64,000 nt of DNA from Octopus vulgaris (GCA_951406725.2 OX597840.1:15686001-15750000), one strand, 5' to 3'; positions 39,396-53,467 are shown, counted from the first letter of the stretch. Numbers and translations: made by a program. Notes: generated by a model from the sequence alone, not told the origin.

Positions 39396-39805
39396 AGGCA
39401 TAGCTGTGTGGTTAGAAGGTTGTTTCCTGGCCACATAGTTCCGTGTTCAGTCCTACTGAGTGACATCTTGGGAAAGTATCTTTTTAATATAGCCTCAGGC
39501 CGACCAAAGTGTTGTGAGTGAATCTGGTAGACAGAAACTGAAAGATGCCTTTCATGTGTGTGCACATATGTGTCTTTCTGTCTGTTTGTCCCCTCACAAC
39601 TGTTTGACAACTGGTGTTGGTGTGTTTATGTCCTCCATAACTTAGCAGTTCAGCAAAGAGACTGATAATAATAAGTACCAGGTTTTAAGAAGACAGAAAA
39701 GAAAAATATATAAGTTTCTAGGGGTTGATTGATTCATTCAGCTAAAAATTCTTTAAGACAGTGCCCCAGCATGGCCACAATAGACTAACTGAAACAAGTA
39801 AAAGA
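39396..39805 (+). mobile_element. SINE family A (diverged)
   Basis: Head, body and tail recognisable. Confidence 0.8.
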
Positions 39806-40910
39806 AGGAAAAAAAATACATATTATATATGTAATAATTATGTCTTTTGTTATGCACATGATCTTCCGGTCCATGGAAAAGTTGTCTTGTATGAAACCTG
39901 TCTGTGGTAGAGAAACGGCTAAGGGCCACAATTGTACAGCACTTAGCTTCTTGTTCTACTTTTTTCCTGGTTTTACAAATTGTAAATATTTCACTGCCAA
40001 CTGGAGCCACATTTCTATTGATTTAACAATATTTCTAAAGAATGTTAATCGCATGCTTATTGAACCTTTGACAGAGGTGACAGCATGTTTGGTGCGGTGT
40101 GGTATGGTGTGATTTGGTTTGGCATTATGGAGTTGTGTGCAGGTTGATGTTTGAGTTGAAACTAAAGGTGTGCATGTGGAAAGAATTGTTGAACTTGCTG
40201 CCCACTGTTTGGCAGTGATATCCAATTAAAGGTTGGCATCGTGTCAGGTGTTACAGGTATGATGTAGATGGTGGAGGTGGGTTTAAATGAAAGAGGAAGA
40301 AACAGAACTTTGTTGCAGCGTGATAGGAGAGAGAGAGAGGCAACACATTGTAAAACAGCCATATAGTTTTGTTTAACCCTTGCTCAACCCTGATTAAACA
40401 AATTCCACCCATGACCATCAAATCTGTTTAGAAATATGTGCAGGTGTAGCTGTGTTGTAAGAAGCTTGCTTCTTACCAAACAGCCATACCTGCGGCAAGC
40501 TGGCAGAAACATTAGAAACAGAAGGCTGGCAGAATCGTTAGCATGCCGGGCGAAATGCTTAGCAGTATTTCATCTGCCATTATGTTCTGAGTTAAAATTC
40601 TGCCCAGGTCGACTTTGCCTTTCATCCTTTTGGGGTCGATAAATTAAGTACCAGTTACACACTGGGGCCAATGTAATCAACTTAATCTCCTTGTCTGTCT
40701 TTGTTTGTCCCCTCTATGTTTAGCCCCTTGTGGGCAATAAAGAAATAAGAAGCTTACTTCCCAACTACATGGTTCTGGGTCAGTCCCACTGCGTGGGACT
40801 TTGGGCGAGTCTCTTCTACCATAGCCGCAGGCTAACCTAACCCGTGTGAGTGGATTTGATTGACAGAAACCGAAAGAAGTCTGTCACATACACACATATA
40901 TATATTTTTT

Positions 40911-41293
40911 AGGTACAGGCATGGCTGTGTAGTAAGAAGCTTGCTTACCAACCACATGGTTCCAGATTCAGTCCCACTGCGTGGCACCTTGGACAAGTGT
41001 CTTCTACTATAGCCTTGGGCTGACCAAAGCCTTGTGAGTGGATTTGATAGACGGAAACTGAAAGAAGCCTGTTATATATATATTTATTTATTTATTCATA
41101 TGTCTGTGTGTGTACTCCCACCACCTTTGCAGGACAAACAATATTGGTGTGTTTACATCTACGTAACTTAGCAGTCCAACAAAAGGGGCTGATGGAACAA
41201 GTACTAGGCTTACAAAGACTAAGTCCTGGTTCCACTAAAATCCCTTAAGGTGTTGCTCCAGCATGACCGCAGTCAAATGACTGAAGCAAGTAA
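40911..41293 (+). mobile_element. SINE family A
   Basis: Full-length copy. Confidence 0.85.
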
Positions 41294-41537
41294 CAAAATC
41301 TGCATTATCATTTGTGTTCCCTCTAATTAATTGAGACAGGGAATGTGAATTGAGTAAGATTCAGGTGCTGTTTCTAGCAGTTTGTATGACCTCATAGCAG
41401 CTTCCTTGCTGGTTGTTGTTGGTGACATTGTAGAAGTGGATGAGGTGAAAGATGAGTATGACATAATGAAGGCTCTTTACTGTCTTCCTTTTCCTCTCTA
41501 ACTGGGAGGCATGAATTTCAGAATATTTAAATACATA

Positions 41538-41730
41538 CAGTTCTGTATTTAAGATATGAGGAATTATGTACATTATTTACATTTGACGGATATTTCTCCT
41601 CATCTTGTTAACACAACGTTTCAGCTGATATACCCTCCAGCCTTTATCAGGTGTTTTGGGGAAATTTCGAACTTGGGTTCTCATTCCTAAGGTACTTTTT
41701 GGTGTTGTTGTTGTTGTTATCATTATTATT
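41538..41730 (-). mobile_element. Second copy of the hammerhead-bearing element
   Basis: Reverse complement: aacac-CTGATAA-a-ggctgg agggtata tcagct-GAAA-cgtt-gtgtt, then the tail seen inverted at 4882-4935. Confidence 0.72.
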
Positions 41731-41751
41731 ATTATTATTCATACATATACT

Positions 41752-42072
41752 TTATCTTTTACTTGCTTCAGTCAGTAGACTGTGACCATGCTGGGGTACC
41801 GCCTTGAATTTTTAGTCGAATGAATCAGCCCCAGTACTTAATTTTTAAGCATAGTACATATTCTATTGCTCTTTTTTGCCAAACCACTAAGTTACAGGGA
41901 GGTAAATACACCAACACTGGTTATCAAGCAGTGAGACACACACACACACACACACACACATTATATATATATATATATATATATATATAACAGAGTTTCC
42001 TCTACCAAATCCACTCACAAGGCTTTGGTCAGTCCAAGGCTATTGTAGAAGACACTTGCACAAGGTGCCATG
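41752..42072 (-). mobile_element. SINE family A (5' truncated)
   Basis: Tail and body on the minus strand. Confidence 0.8.
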
Positions 42073-42381
42073 TGTATACATACATATTTTACTAATGCAC
42101 ATACATACATACATACATAGAGAAAGCTAATTCAAAGACTACAAATCCAAGCCATCATTGCAACTGTAAAAGTCTGTAAAACTTTCCAGAAGTTTATCAT
42201 TTAAATATATATGAGCATGTCTAGATATGTGACTATATGCATGAGAATACGTACATACATATGTACATACGTACATGCATACATACAAACAAACAAAAAT
42301 ATCTTGTTATTGATGTTGAAATTCCAATGAAGGAACCTTGGATCTAGATTAGAAACTAGCTCTTTTTCTATTGGCAAGAAA

Positions 42382-42764
42382 TCTCTCTCTATATAAACGG
42401 CAAAATATCTCTGTGTGTGTCCTTTATACAAATCCACAATTTTTCAGTTAGAGGGCTCTCACTTTCTATGGTCATTCAAAGCTGTCCAAGGGTGGTCGTG
42501 CACATCTTTACATTTCCCCAGTCACCCAACAAAGCCATTAAAAAATCAGTGGAAGTGACTTTTTTGTGAATTTTCTATCCAAAACCCAATAAAAATGCCC
42601 GAAACTTGATACGCCAATTGAATGCCAGCTAGCTGTATGTGATTGGTCAGAAATTTGGACAGTACTCACGTGTATGTGCGCACGCAAGCAGCTGTATATG
42701 TATGCACTAACACTATATGCATGCACTAGCACTATGACCTGGAAACACTGGGTCATAGTGCTAG
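42382..42764 (+). mobile_element. Non-autonomous Helitron
   Basis: 5'-TC...CTAG-3' termini, subterminal hairpin actagcactatgacc...ggtcatagtgctagt, inserted between A and T (aagaaa|tcttgaaataaaac) with no TSD. Confidence 0.85.
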
Positions 42765-43387
42765 TCTTGAAATAAAACTGAATAATGATGTACATGTATG
42801 TATATATGTGTATATCTATCTATCTATATATATACACATGTAACAAATTTTCTGAATGCTACAAATATATATTTACTTCTCTTCAACTCCAAACAAGATC
42901 TTCAAGTACCACCATGCCATTGTTAAACATCCTCATCCATACACACACATGCATACACATCAATACCTCTCTTTGTTGGTGTATTTTGTGGAAACAATAG
43001 CAAAGTCGTGACAGAGAGGTTGAAACTTTTTATGAGGTGACAATGGGTTTCAGTCATACTTTTTGAATAAATAACAAGAAAGGAAGAACCTGACTTAATA
43101 TTTTTTTTTTAATTTCTAAAGATTTAAACAATTACACCTAATTCTTCCATCGGCCAAATAATAATAATAATGGTTTCAAATTTTGCCACATGGGTAATAA
43201 TTTTGGGGGAGGGGATGAGCCAATTACATCGACCCCAGTGTTCAACTGGTTGTTAATATATCGACCCCAAAAGGATTAAAGACAAAGTTAACCTCGGCAG
43301 ACTTCCAGCTCAGAACATGAAGACGGACAAAATACTGCAAAGCATTCTGCCTGGCATGCAAACGATTCTGCAAGCTCACCACCTTAA

Positions 43388-43761
43388 TCTCTTATTATAA
43401 AAGGCAGATTTTATCTGCCTCCCTTTGGGAGTTATAGAAATTTACAATATAGGATTTCTTCAATTACAATTTACCTAGCATTTTTAAGAGTACAATGCAT
43501 CGCGTCATGCCAGGTCCAGTTTTTAAAATTTAAACTCCAATTAAGCAAAATTTACAGAAAACTCACATTCTGGTGTGTGTGTCAAATGCTTTTCTTAGTC
43601 TGGTTTACAGCACACGCAAACGCACACACACAGTGGGCAACGAATAAAATGAAAGTAATTCACTTACTGTAGTGAGTGATTCTTTCACTCTGCCTCCCAC
43701 TTCCTCTTTCCACACATAGACACGCAAATATATAAATAAAATTGTAAGCTAACGTGCGTGT

Positions 43762-43792
<31 letters not shown>

Positions 43793-43900
43793 CGCGTGTG
43801 TGTGTGTGTGAGGGTGCGTGTGTGTGTGCGTGCATGTGCGTGAGTGTGTGACAGGAAAGTTTTTTTACGACGAATATAAGACCTATATCCAAGTAGCAGA
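43388..43900 (+). mobile_element. Probable Helitron 5' portion
   Basis: a|TCtcttattataaaaggcag start resembles the other Helitrons; no CTAG end found. Confidence 0.4.
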
Positions 43901-44165
43901 AAGATAAGACAGTAAGGTGTGATTTGAGGGAGATTTGGCTGCTATTTCTACCATGTCTAGCTGCCATGTAGGGGTCTCCCTCATAGGCTCATACATACAT
44001 ATATACATAGATAAGACAGTAAGGTGTGATTTGGGGGAAATTTGGCTGCTATTTCTACCAGGTCTAGCTACCATGTAGAGGCCCCCTCATTGGCTCATAT
44101 ATATATACATACATAAGACAGTAAGGTGTGATTTGAGGGAGATTTGGCTGCTGTTTCTACCAGGT
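43901..44165. repeat. Tandem repeat, ~105-bp unit, about 2.5 copies
   Basis: 'ataagacagtaaggtgtgatttg(a/g)ggga' recurs at ~43903, ~44011 and ~44113. Confidence 0.9.
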
Positions 44166-44534
44166 CTGTTAGGCCTTCTCATGTAAACTCAAGCTTTCTC
44201 ATGCCTTGAACATAAGACCAAAGCAGAGAATGTATTCTTTTATTCTTCTGCTTTTTCCAGCCATTGGTCTGTGGCCATGCTGGAGCAATGCCTTGAAGAA
44301 TTGTAGTTTAATGAATCAACTCCAGTTTTATTTTTGTAAGCATTGTACTTATTCTATCTGTTTCCTTTGTCAAACCACTAGGTGACAGGGATGTAAACAA
44401 ACCAACATTCGTTGTCAAGCAGTGGTGGAGGACAATCACAAGCACAGACACGCACACACACACACATACATGCATACACATATACACACATACATACATA
44501 CATACATATATATATATGTGTGTATATATATATA

Positions 44535-44858
44535 TTGCAGCGTGGAAGGTGTTTGTAAGCCATTTAAGAAACACACAAAAACCGTTACATTCACTTCAAC
44601 ATTTAAATTTAATTTGCCAAAATATTTTCGTCGCTTTCAGACCGTGACCTGTTCACTGACAAAAATATCGTGCTAACAGGTCGCGGTCTCAAAGCGACGA
44701 AAATATTTTGACAAATTAAATTTAAATGTTGAAGTGAATCTAACGGTTTTTGTGTGTTTGTTAAATGGCTTATAAACACCTTCAACGCTGCAACTGTTTT
44801 CGTTCCAGCACACGATCTCAGATCAAGTCACTTGCTATGCAAGTACATCTCTGTAACT
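44535..44858. mobile_element. Fold-back element (~119-bp arms, 21-nt spacer) with a hammerhead-like motif and a one-sided tail
   Basis: 44535-44653 is the reverse complement of 44675-44793 with several mismatches; tail 44794-44858. Confidence 0.75.
44613..44663 (-). ncRNA. Candidate minimal type-I hammerhead ribozyme, G3:C8 variant
   Basis: UUUGUCA-GUGAACA-G-GUC(A/G)C-loop-GCGAC-GAAA-AUAU-UU-UG(G/A)CAAA, with stem I, stem II and a palindromic stem III. Confidence 0.55.
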
Positions 44859-44955
44859 ATATATATATTTATATATATATATATATGTATATTGGTAAAA
44901 ACAGTAAGATAACAAAAGAAAGAAAGAGACCTCAATATTATGTAAATAGAGGAAA

Positions 44956-45350
44956 TCTTTATATATAAAAGTGAGGTTGTGTGTCTGTCTCCTACGATTT
45001 AGATTCCTAACTACTCCCACATTTTGCGGTGCAGTTTAACCAAAACCGGGTATCTTATAGTCGTGATTCATATCGAGACCGTCTGGGTATTAGCGCGCGT
45101 CTACGATGAGTCTACGATTTTAAAAAAAATTTACCATCAATTTTTCCCATTTTTAATCCATTTTTGACATATATAAGGGAAGTAACTCTCTAAAATTTAT
45201 TATTAAATCTCAGAACGTAAAAAGCTACAGTAACACCCCTCCCCCTTTGTGGTTAGCCATATTGAGATGGCTATTATACTTTACATCTCTAAAAATGCTT
45301 ATATAATTATTTCCCTTACAAACCCGAGCAACGCCGGGCGATACTGCTAG
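44956..45350 (+). mobile_element. Non-autonomous Helitron
   Basis: a|TCtttatatataaaag start, GC hairpin cccgagcaacgccggg and a CTAG|t end. Confidence 0.8.
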
Positions 45351-45598
45351 TAATATATAATAATAATCCTTACTGCTAAAGGCACAAAGTCTGAAATTTT
45401 GTGGGTGGAGACTAGTCAATGACATCAACCCCAGTGTGTAACTGGTACTTAATCTATCGACCCTGAAAGGATGACACAAAGTCAACTTCAGCAGAATGTA
45501 GCGACAGACGAAATACCACAAAGCAATTCGTTCAGCATGTTAACAATTCTGCCAGTTCACCACCTTCATAATAGTAATAACAACAGCAACTATAATAA

Positions 45599-46152
45599 AT
45601 GCCCTGATGCAGTACCAGGCACTGGCTCTCATGGCCTCTGATCTTAACTGATTGGAAGTGTTATCATGTACATTGTTTTGTCTTGGTATAAAAGATGGGC
45701 TACAGCAAATATTCTGCTCAATACCACAGATTTGCTTGCCACTTGTTTGACCTTAACCAGTTGAGCATGTCCCTTAATGGCTGATGATATGTGCATCTCT
45801 GACCAAGAGCAGAAGTAGTGGGGGAGCATCATAGCCGTGTGTTGAAAGGAATTCTTAGAGGTTTGGATAATTCACCTTTGGAAACACGGGTGGTTCTTTC
45901 AACATCCTTAAACAATCCTTATTCAGGACCTTTTGAGTGGGATGAGCTACTCAACCAGAAGAAAATTCTAACTGGGTCCCACCTGCAAAGTCATGCACTG
46001 TTTATCTTGATATGAGATCGCCCTGTTGTGCACATTTGGTTGTGATGCATGTGCCTGGCGTACGTTTATCATACACGTAGTCATGATGGGTATACTGGTT
46101 TTCATATATTTTACCCCAGTATCACTTTGATGGCATGCACTGCTCTCTCACT
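45599..46152. mobile_element. Unclassified interspersed repeat flanked by (AAT)n
   Basis: A compositionally distinct block bounded by taa repeats on both sides; only one copy in this window. Confidence 0.35.
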
Positions 46153-46427
46153 CAATAATAATAATAATAATAATGTTCATCAACAGATTCACTGTTTCCT
46201 GCCATATTTATGGTCATTAGTTATATATAGTCAGCTGCTCACACCAAAGACTGATTTTGTGTATATCAATACATATCCTTTTCTACTCTAGGCACAAGGC
46301 CCGAAATTTTGGGAGAGGGAACCAGTCAATTAGATCAACCCCAGTATGCAACTGGTACTTAATTTATCAACCCCCAAAAGGCTGAATGGCAAAGTCGACC
46401 CTCTGCTCTCACAAATGAGAATACTAA

Positions 46428-46650
46428 TAATGAACCCACCTGCTCTAAAAAAATTAAGTAAAAAAAAAATAATCAAGAATCCTTGTCTGGTACCAGATCA
46501 ATCCCAAAATCTAATCAGTTTGTGCTAGTCACAAGGTCAAACATCCCTAAAAGTTTCATCCAAATCCATCCAGCTGTTCTTGAGATATCTTGTCCACAAA
46601 CAAACACAACTGAAAACAATATTGCCGCCTTCGCTATAGCGGAGGTAATA
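46428..46650 (+). mobile_element. Helentron/HINE-like non-autonomous element
   Basis: 'aaagtttcatccaaatccatcc...acaaacaaacac...gaaaacaat' body ending in a GC hairpin (ccgccttcgctatagcggagg) and aat. Confidence 0.5.
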
Positions 46651-47246
46651 ATCATAAATAATGAGTTACAGTATATAAGAGTAAAAATACATAATGAATA
46701 AAATAAAAGTGAAATAAGATTTATGCTCATCTTTGTATACGACTGTGCATATGTGTATATGCATGTGTGTATGCATATATATATTTATGCGCAACAAGTA
46801 TGGTTGTCGGTTGTTTATGCAGCAATATGTGTGTGTATGCATATATATGTTGTATGTTTCCTTTCAAACTTACTCATTAGAGTAAAAATAAAAAATGATA
46901 AATTAAAAAATAAAATAGATTAAATATAAGTGAAATAAATTTATGTTCTTATGTGCATATGCATGTGTGTATGTATATATACATATTCTTTTCTACTCTT
47001 GGCACAAAACCCGAAATTTTGGGGGAGAGGGACCAGTCAATTAGATCGACCCCAGTATGCAACTGGTACTTAATTTATCGACCCTGGAAGTTATACAATG
47101 GCAACCAGTTTTACAATGACAAAGTCGACCTCAGCAGAATTTGAACTCAGAACATAGCGACAAGTGATAATGTTTATGACAATTGTGGTGGTAGTGGTGG
47201 TGATGACGATGATGATGGTAATAATCTTTCTCTATTTCTACTTCAG

Positions 47247-47551
47247 ATCCCTATGTGAAGATGTGGTTAATGCATGGAAACACCAGGGTGGAGAAACGGA
47301 AGACCACAATCAAACGAAGGACCCTCAATCCCATATTTGAAGAGACTTTTATTTTCGATATATCTTGGGAAAAGATCCGTGAGTCTCAGATTCACGTCAT
47401 TGTCATGGACTTTGATAAACTTGGCCGCAACGAACTGATTGGTAAGCTGGTGCTGGGCTCACGCAGTGGGCCGACAGAAATGAAACACTGGAATGACATG
47501 GTATCGAAACCACGACAACCAGTTTTACAATGGCATCTATTGAAGGATTAA
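47247..47551 (+). CDS. SYT7: Synaptotagmin-7 orthologue, terminal coding exon (rest of C2B plus stop)
   Basis: Acceptor tctatttctacttcag|AT CCC TAT GTG. Translates (D)[100 protein letters not shown]. It has the polybasic stretch, the MDxD loop and a C-terminal WHxL; SGPxExKHW..PRQPV.QWH is Syt7-like. Confidence 0.95.
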
Positions 47552-47623
47552 TTATACCTAGCTGTCTACCATCTGTCTATATTCAAATACACACACACAC
47601 ACACACATATATATATATGCAAG

Positions 47624-47654
<31 letters not shown>

Positions 47655-47948
47655 CAATATATATATGTCTGAAATATACAATAAGTGTATATATAACATA
47701 CATATGTATATACTATAAGATATATAACATGTAATACATATATATGTATGTATTTATGTATAGCATGTTTTATATGTATGTATAACGTTTTATGTATATA
47801 TATATGTTATGTGTGTGTGTATACAGATGGAATATATGTGTGTATATACATATATATGTAATGTATATGAAAAAACTACATATATTAATATATTATTAGT
47901 ATATATATGTATATATACACACAGCACACACACACACATATATATATA

Positions 47949-47992
<44 letters not shown>

Positions 47993-47999
47993 CATACAT

Positions 48000-48086
<87 letters not shown>

Positions 48087-49041
48087 AATATACTTTTAAG
48101 AAAATTCATCGAGTTCGAAGACAATCCCCACACTGTCCCTCCAAATCTACCCCCTCCATAACATAACAACAAGATAAACAAAATATTAACAAATATAACA
48201 TACATACCAGAACCAACACACTCACACACACACACGCACACACGCATTGTAGATGAGTGATGGGGGGGGAGGAGATAAAAGAAAGGAAGGAAAGAAACAA
48301 CAACAACAACACTTATCTAATAATGGCATAAACGGCAACAACAAGAGCAGTAATAATACTGCTGCAGCAACAACAACATTCACATTTACAACAACCATCG
48401 CAGCTCTTACAGTCTGATATAGTAGTCAAATCTCCCTCAAATTACAGCCTACCATCTCAAACCAAAAAAAGCAACAAAAAAAATACAAAATTCTATTCTA
48501 TAATGTAGTCAGTAGTTGTAGATAAAACTATAAATAAATGGGATGGTCATGGATGGAATGTCTTTCATCAGGTCTGCGTGAATCATAGCTGGCCTGGGGC
48601 TAAACAACAGCAGCTGCTTCTACAAAAACCACAGTTACATCAACAAGGCTAGACATTATATTACAATAGCCAAAACAACAACAACACCAACAGCAACAAC
48701 AGTTGAAGAGAAGACGTGAAAGAATGGTGCTGAATCAAAATGGCAAAAATTGAGGAACTTTTGTCTTGGAGGATGAAAATATAAGAAAAGAAATTTAATA
48801 AAATTATAATTTGTTTACTAGATATATACAAATATGTCCACACATACATATATAATATATATATTTGTGTACTGTATAATACATATACAGCTGGACATAG
48901 AAGAGTTTGATGCAATATACATGTATTTATGTATATATACAAACATATATATATATACATATATATACATACATACACACATTTGTACATGTAGAAACTA
49001 GTATATACAAAAAGATTGATTATGAAATATGTGTGTGTGTT

Positions 49042-49085
<44 letters not shown>

Positions 49086-50083
49086 CATACATATATATAC
49101 ACATATATATGTGTGTGTGTGTACTTTATTTGCATGTTAAGGCTACCATTGGTTTCATGTTAAGGAATATTTCAACAATTCCTCAAGCCTATCATATAGA
49201 AAAATGGTGTTCGCCTCCATTTTGGGTTAAAATGATAGCCTTAATGCACAAATAAAGCATTTTCATCCACCAATGCAGTGTTGAGCATTCATTCTCAGTG
49301 TGCGATATATATATACATATACATACATACACACAACATGCACAGCAAAATACAAATGAAATTAAATAAAAATATATACATATACGGTCTCAACACACAT
49401 ACCCACACACATCTCTAGATTATGGATGTGTCAAGAAGTCTGTACATAAGTAGCTATGTATGTATACATATGTATGCTTCGTTTTTTGGGATTGATAAAA
49501 TATATTAAAATGAATATATACAGAGAGATGTGCTTATATTTATAAATGTGACTTGTGTGTATATTTAATATTTACACAGACATTCACATGTATGTGTATA
49601 TATAAGATAACTATGTGTTTTTTATGGGCACACTTCCTCACACAGACAAACAGCAAGATAGACATACACAAATGTGTGTGTGTGTGTGTATGTAAATATG
49701 CATTTATATACAAATATAAATGCATATATACATACACACACACATGTATATATATGTATGTATATATATATATATATACACATATATATATCATCGTCAT
49801 GACGACGATGATGATATAGATATACATATACAATATATATATATATATATGTATGTATTTATATATATGTATATGTATGTGTGTGTGTGCATATATATAT
49901 ATATGTGTGTGTGTGTGTGTATATGCATATATATACATATGTATGTATATGCATATATATACATATGTGTGTTTATGCATATATATACAGGTTTCATGTT
50001 CACAACATGATACACATGTATCCAAAACTTTATACACATATCTTTGTACATAGGCATATATATCATATACGCATACATACAAG

Positions 50084-50130
<47 letters not shown>

Positions 50131-50178
50131 TAAACATAATACAGGTGGACAGCAAATAAGAAGTTGCAGAGAAAGAAT

Positions 50179-50234
50179 GGTGGAGGTGGTGGTGGTGGTG
50201 GTGGTGGTGGTGGTGGTGGTGGTGGTGGTGGTGG
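50179..50234. repeat. (GGT)n trinucleotide tract
   Basis: About 18 units. Confidence 0.95.
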
Positions 50235-52045
50235 TAGGCAGTAATTTGAGGGATGATGAGAAGAGGGTGGGGAAGGAAAAGACCCAGTTAAAAAAAAAAT
50301 TTTTTAAGGGATGAAAGAAAGAAAATACCCTGATGTCTTCTGGTTCACTGAATGTAAAATAAAATAAAACACAACCCAAACACAGACAAAACAAAAAGAA
50401 AAAGGAACACAGACAATTATTCCCTTGGACCCTTGAGCAATGAAAGGACGGACAGAAAAATGAAGAACCAGCCAGTATTTGGAGCCAAGAATTGGTAAAG
50501 GAAACTGGTGAAAAAAGTTGGAATTTGTAAATAACAAGGATTTATTTTGTAGAGACTTTGATGGAAATAATCTAAAATAGGGTTAATTTATTTCCTCAAA
50601 ACTCTTTGGGATTTTTTTTTTGTTTTGTTTTTTAAGGCACAATGGCTTGTATAATGCTCAAGGTTCTGAACTGAACCAGACTGGACTCAATTTAGATTTA
50701 TTGACCTCATGGAGGGTGGTCATCAGGTTCAAAACTTGCTACTGCTACTTTTACTTGTTACTAACATTACGGCCATTGGGCAGTGTCCAAGGGCAAGCAA
50801 CATAACTCTATTCGCCCTCACTAAATGACTGATTCACTGGTTGGCTAGTTGGCAAGAAAAGACATTCCCAATTCCCCCTCGCCCCACCCCCACTGCTGTT
50901 ATGTTCATGGTCGAGTGGTTCGAAGTAGGAAAGAGCTTCAAGTTGTATGGAAAGAAATTTTAAAAAAAAAAATTTTTTTTAAATTTAAGAAAAATATATA
51001 TCGTTTCAGCCATGGCAAACATGGTAGAAAAAAAATATGGATTGAAAAAGAAAACAGGTGGTTATTTAAGGTGGAAAAATAAAGAGTAATAATAGATATA
51101 TAGACTGGCTAGATGATTAGATAGATAATTAGGTAGATAGATAGATTAGAATGAGAGTTTTAAAAGGTGAATGGATGAGGAGTTAGATCATAGATGATTG
51201 TTTTAGATGTTTATAGAGAAAGATGCAAAGACAGACACATAGAGAGAGAGTGATAACTAGTTGAATAGATATACAATACATTCATACACAATGTATAATG
51301 CTATATATATAAATATGTATGTATGCATGTATGTATACACACACACACAAACACATTCAGAACAGCTCAAGTCTGGATCCAAACTTAAATTTGATTTAAA
51401 TCTGAAATTTTGGTACCAACTCAGTGAAATCTTTACATGACTTGAAACCCATTCTAATATAACTCACATGATTTTTTTACAAGTGGACATGATCCAATTC
51501 TTAGGTGAATCAACATCTTAATCCATTCATGTACACTACTGATTTCAGATGATCCCCACGCAGATTAACAAAGATAAAAAAAAAGAAAAACAGTGTGAAT
51601 TTTAGAGAGTTAAGTGACCATCCAACTAGATTTTGTATCCCAAACCATCTTCTTGTTAAGATTTCATCTAAATAACTGCACACACTGAATACTTAGATCG
51701 GGTTAAGCACTAGATTGTTGTTGAAACAGCGTTTCAGCTTGTTCCAAGAGAGAGACTCTCATTTCATTTAAAGATCAGAAACGGTTTTAATTCATAGATG
51801 TATGTCCCTCTTCTTAATTTAGTAAAACTAAAAATTTATGAGCCCTAAAAGTTTTCCTAAAACATAACTGTCCCCCTCCAAAATTCATGGAGCATAGAAA
51901 GATACATACATATATATATATGTATGTATCTTTCTATGCTCCATGAATATGTGTGTGTGTGTGTATATATGTAAATATATTTGCGTGTATGTGCATGTGT
52001 ATATATATATATATATTTGCATGTATGTGCATGTGTGTATATGTG

Positions 52046-52088
<43 letters not shown>

Positions 52089-52762
52089 TTGCATGTATGT
52101 GTGTGTGTGTGTGTATATATATATAATATATGTATCTTGAGGACCCACATTGGTACCTTATCACTACCATTTTTATCTCTTTCTAGCACCACTGATAACC
52201 TCCCCCTCCACTTGTATAATGCAAGTACCCATGTACCTCCCCTGCAACAAGAAACCTGTTACAGCTACTTCTTTCATACTTTAACCTCTCGTCACCTAGC
52301 ATCAAAGCCACTTCACACACACACACACACAATCGAATGAAGAATGCATTTAGCACATCTTATTAGTTACAAACTTTTCAGTACCTCTCCATTTCTAAAG
52401 CCACTGCACATAAATAATTTCATGTGAAAAATTATGCAATATTTGCGGTTGATTATATTGGAATGGCATTTCAGACAGGCTTCAAAAGATGCAATCTTAC
52501 ATTGTGCAATGGCCAAGCAGTTTGTTACATAAGGAGGAAACTACACAACCACATACATACAAGAAAAAATCCACATGGGTTCAGGTATTAGGTCAAACCT
52601 GAATATGTGTTTCTGTGTTGATGGCTGAAAGGCTAAGAAAGAAATATCAAAGTAGATAAGAATAATAATTATGAGTAAAACTAAAATATAGTTTGATAGC
52701 AAACTACATTTGTAAATGAGAAGAGATATATAAAGACCAGTATATGTGTGTGTGTATGTATG

Positions 52763-52799
<37 letters not shown>

Positions 52800-53075
52800 C
52801 ACCTAGTCAGCAAGATAAGTAGATATAGAAATATAAGGGAATGAAAACATAGATAGAGAGACAATGAGAGAAAGATTGATAGAGCAGCAAAGAGGGATAG
52901 ATAGAATAAAGAGTTTTTTTGTTGTTGGTCATATTTTTTTTAAATAAAGAAATAAAAAGTATTAAAACATAAAAAAATTAGAAACTAAAAAATATAAACA
53001 ATGGATAAAAAAAAGAAAGTCATAATATTACATATATATGTATACATATTTGCATATATATACATGTGTATATAC

Positions 53076-53128
<53 letters not shown>

Positions 53129-53186
53129 CACACACATGTATATATATATACACACATATGTATATATATACATATGTGTATGTGTG

Positions 53187-53223
<37 letters not shown>

Positions 53224-53467
53224 AAGGAGAGATATTAATGTGGTAACGAGAAATTAGTAATCGTTAGTTTGTTGTTGTTGATAATTGGTCGTGATGATGA
53301 TGATGATGATGATGTTGATAATGATGGTAAAAAGATTCTATTTTAATGTGACTTGTTGTTGTTGTTTTTTTTGTATATGATTTGCTTATTTTTGTTTTTG
53401 TATTGAAATAAAGGAAAAAAGAACAAGTCAGCATTTGTATATCTATCTATCTACCTCTGTAGATACA

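Noticed and set aside
39753-40362. Cluster of short ORFs as a possible nested antisense gene
   Set aside because: No recognisable domain and no convincing splice-site pair.
43901-44165. Regularly spaced repeats resembling a CRISPR array (also 18630-18860)
   Set aside because: The 'spacers' are themselves repeated, the context is eukaryotic and there are no cas genes.
47404-47440. Fifth Ca2+ ligand of C2B is Glu ([10 protein letters not shown]) rather than Asp
   Set aside because: As I recall, invertebrate Syt7 (e.g. Drosophila) also has RNE here, so it is probably not a novelty.
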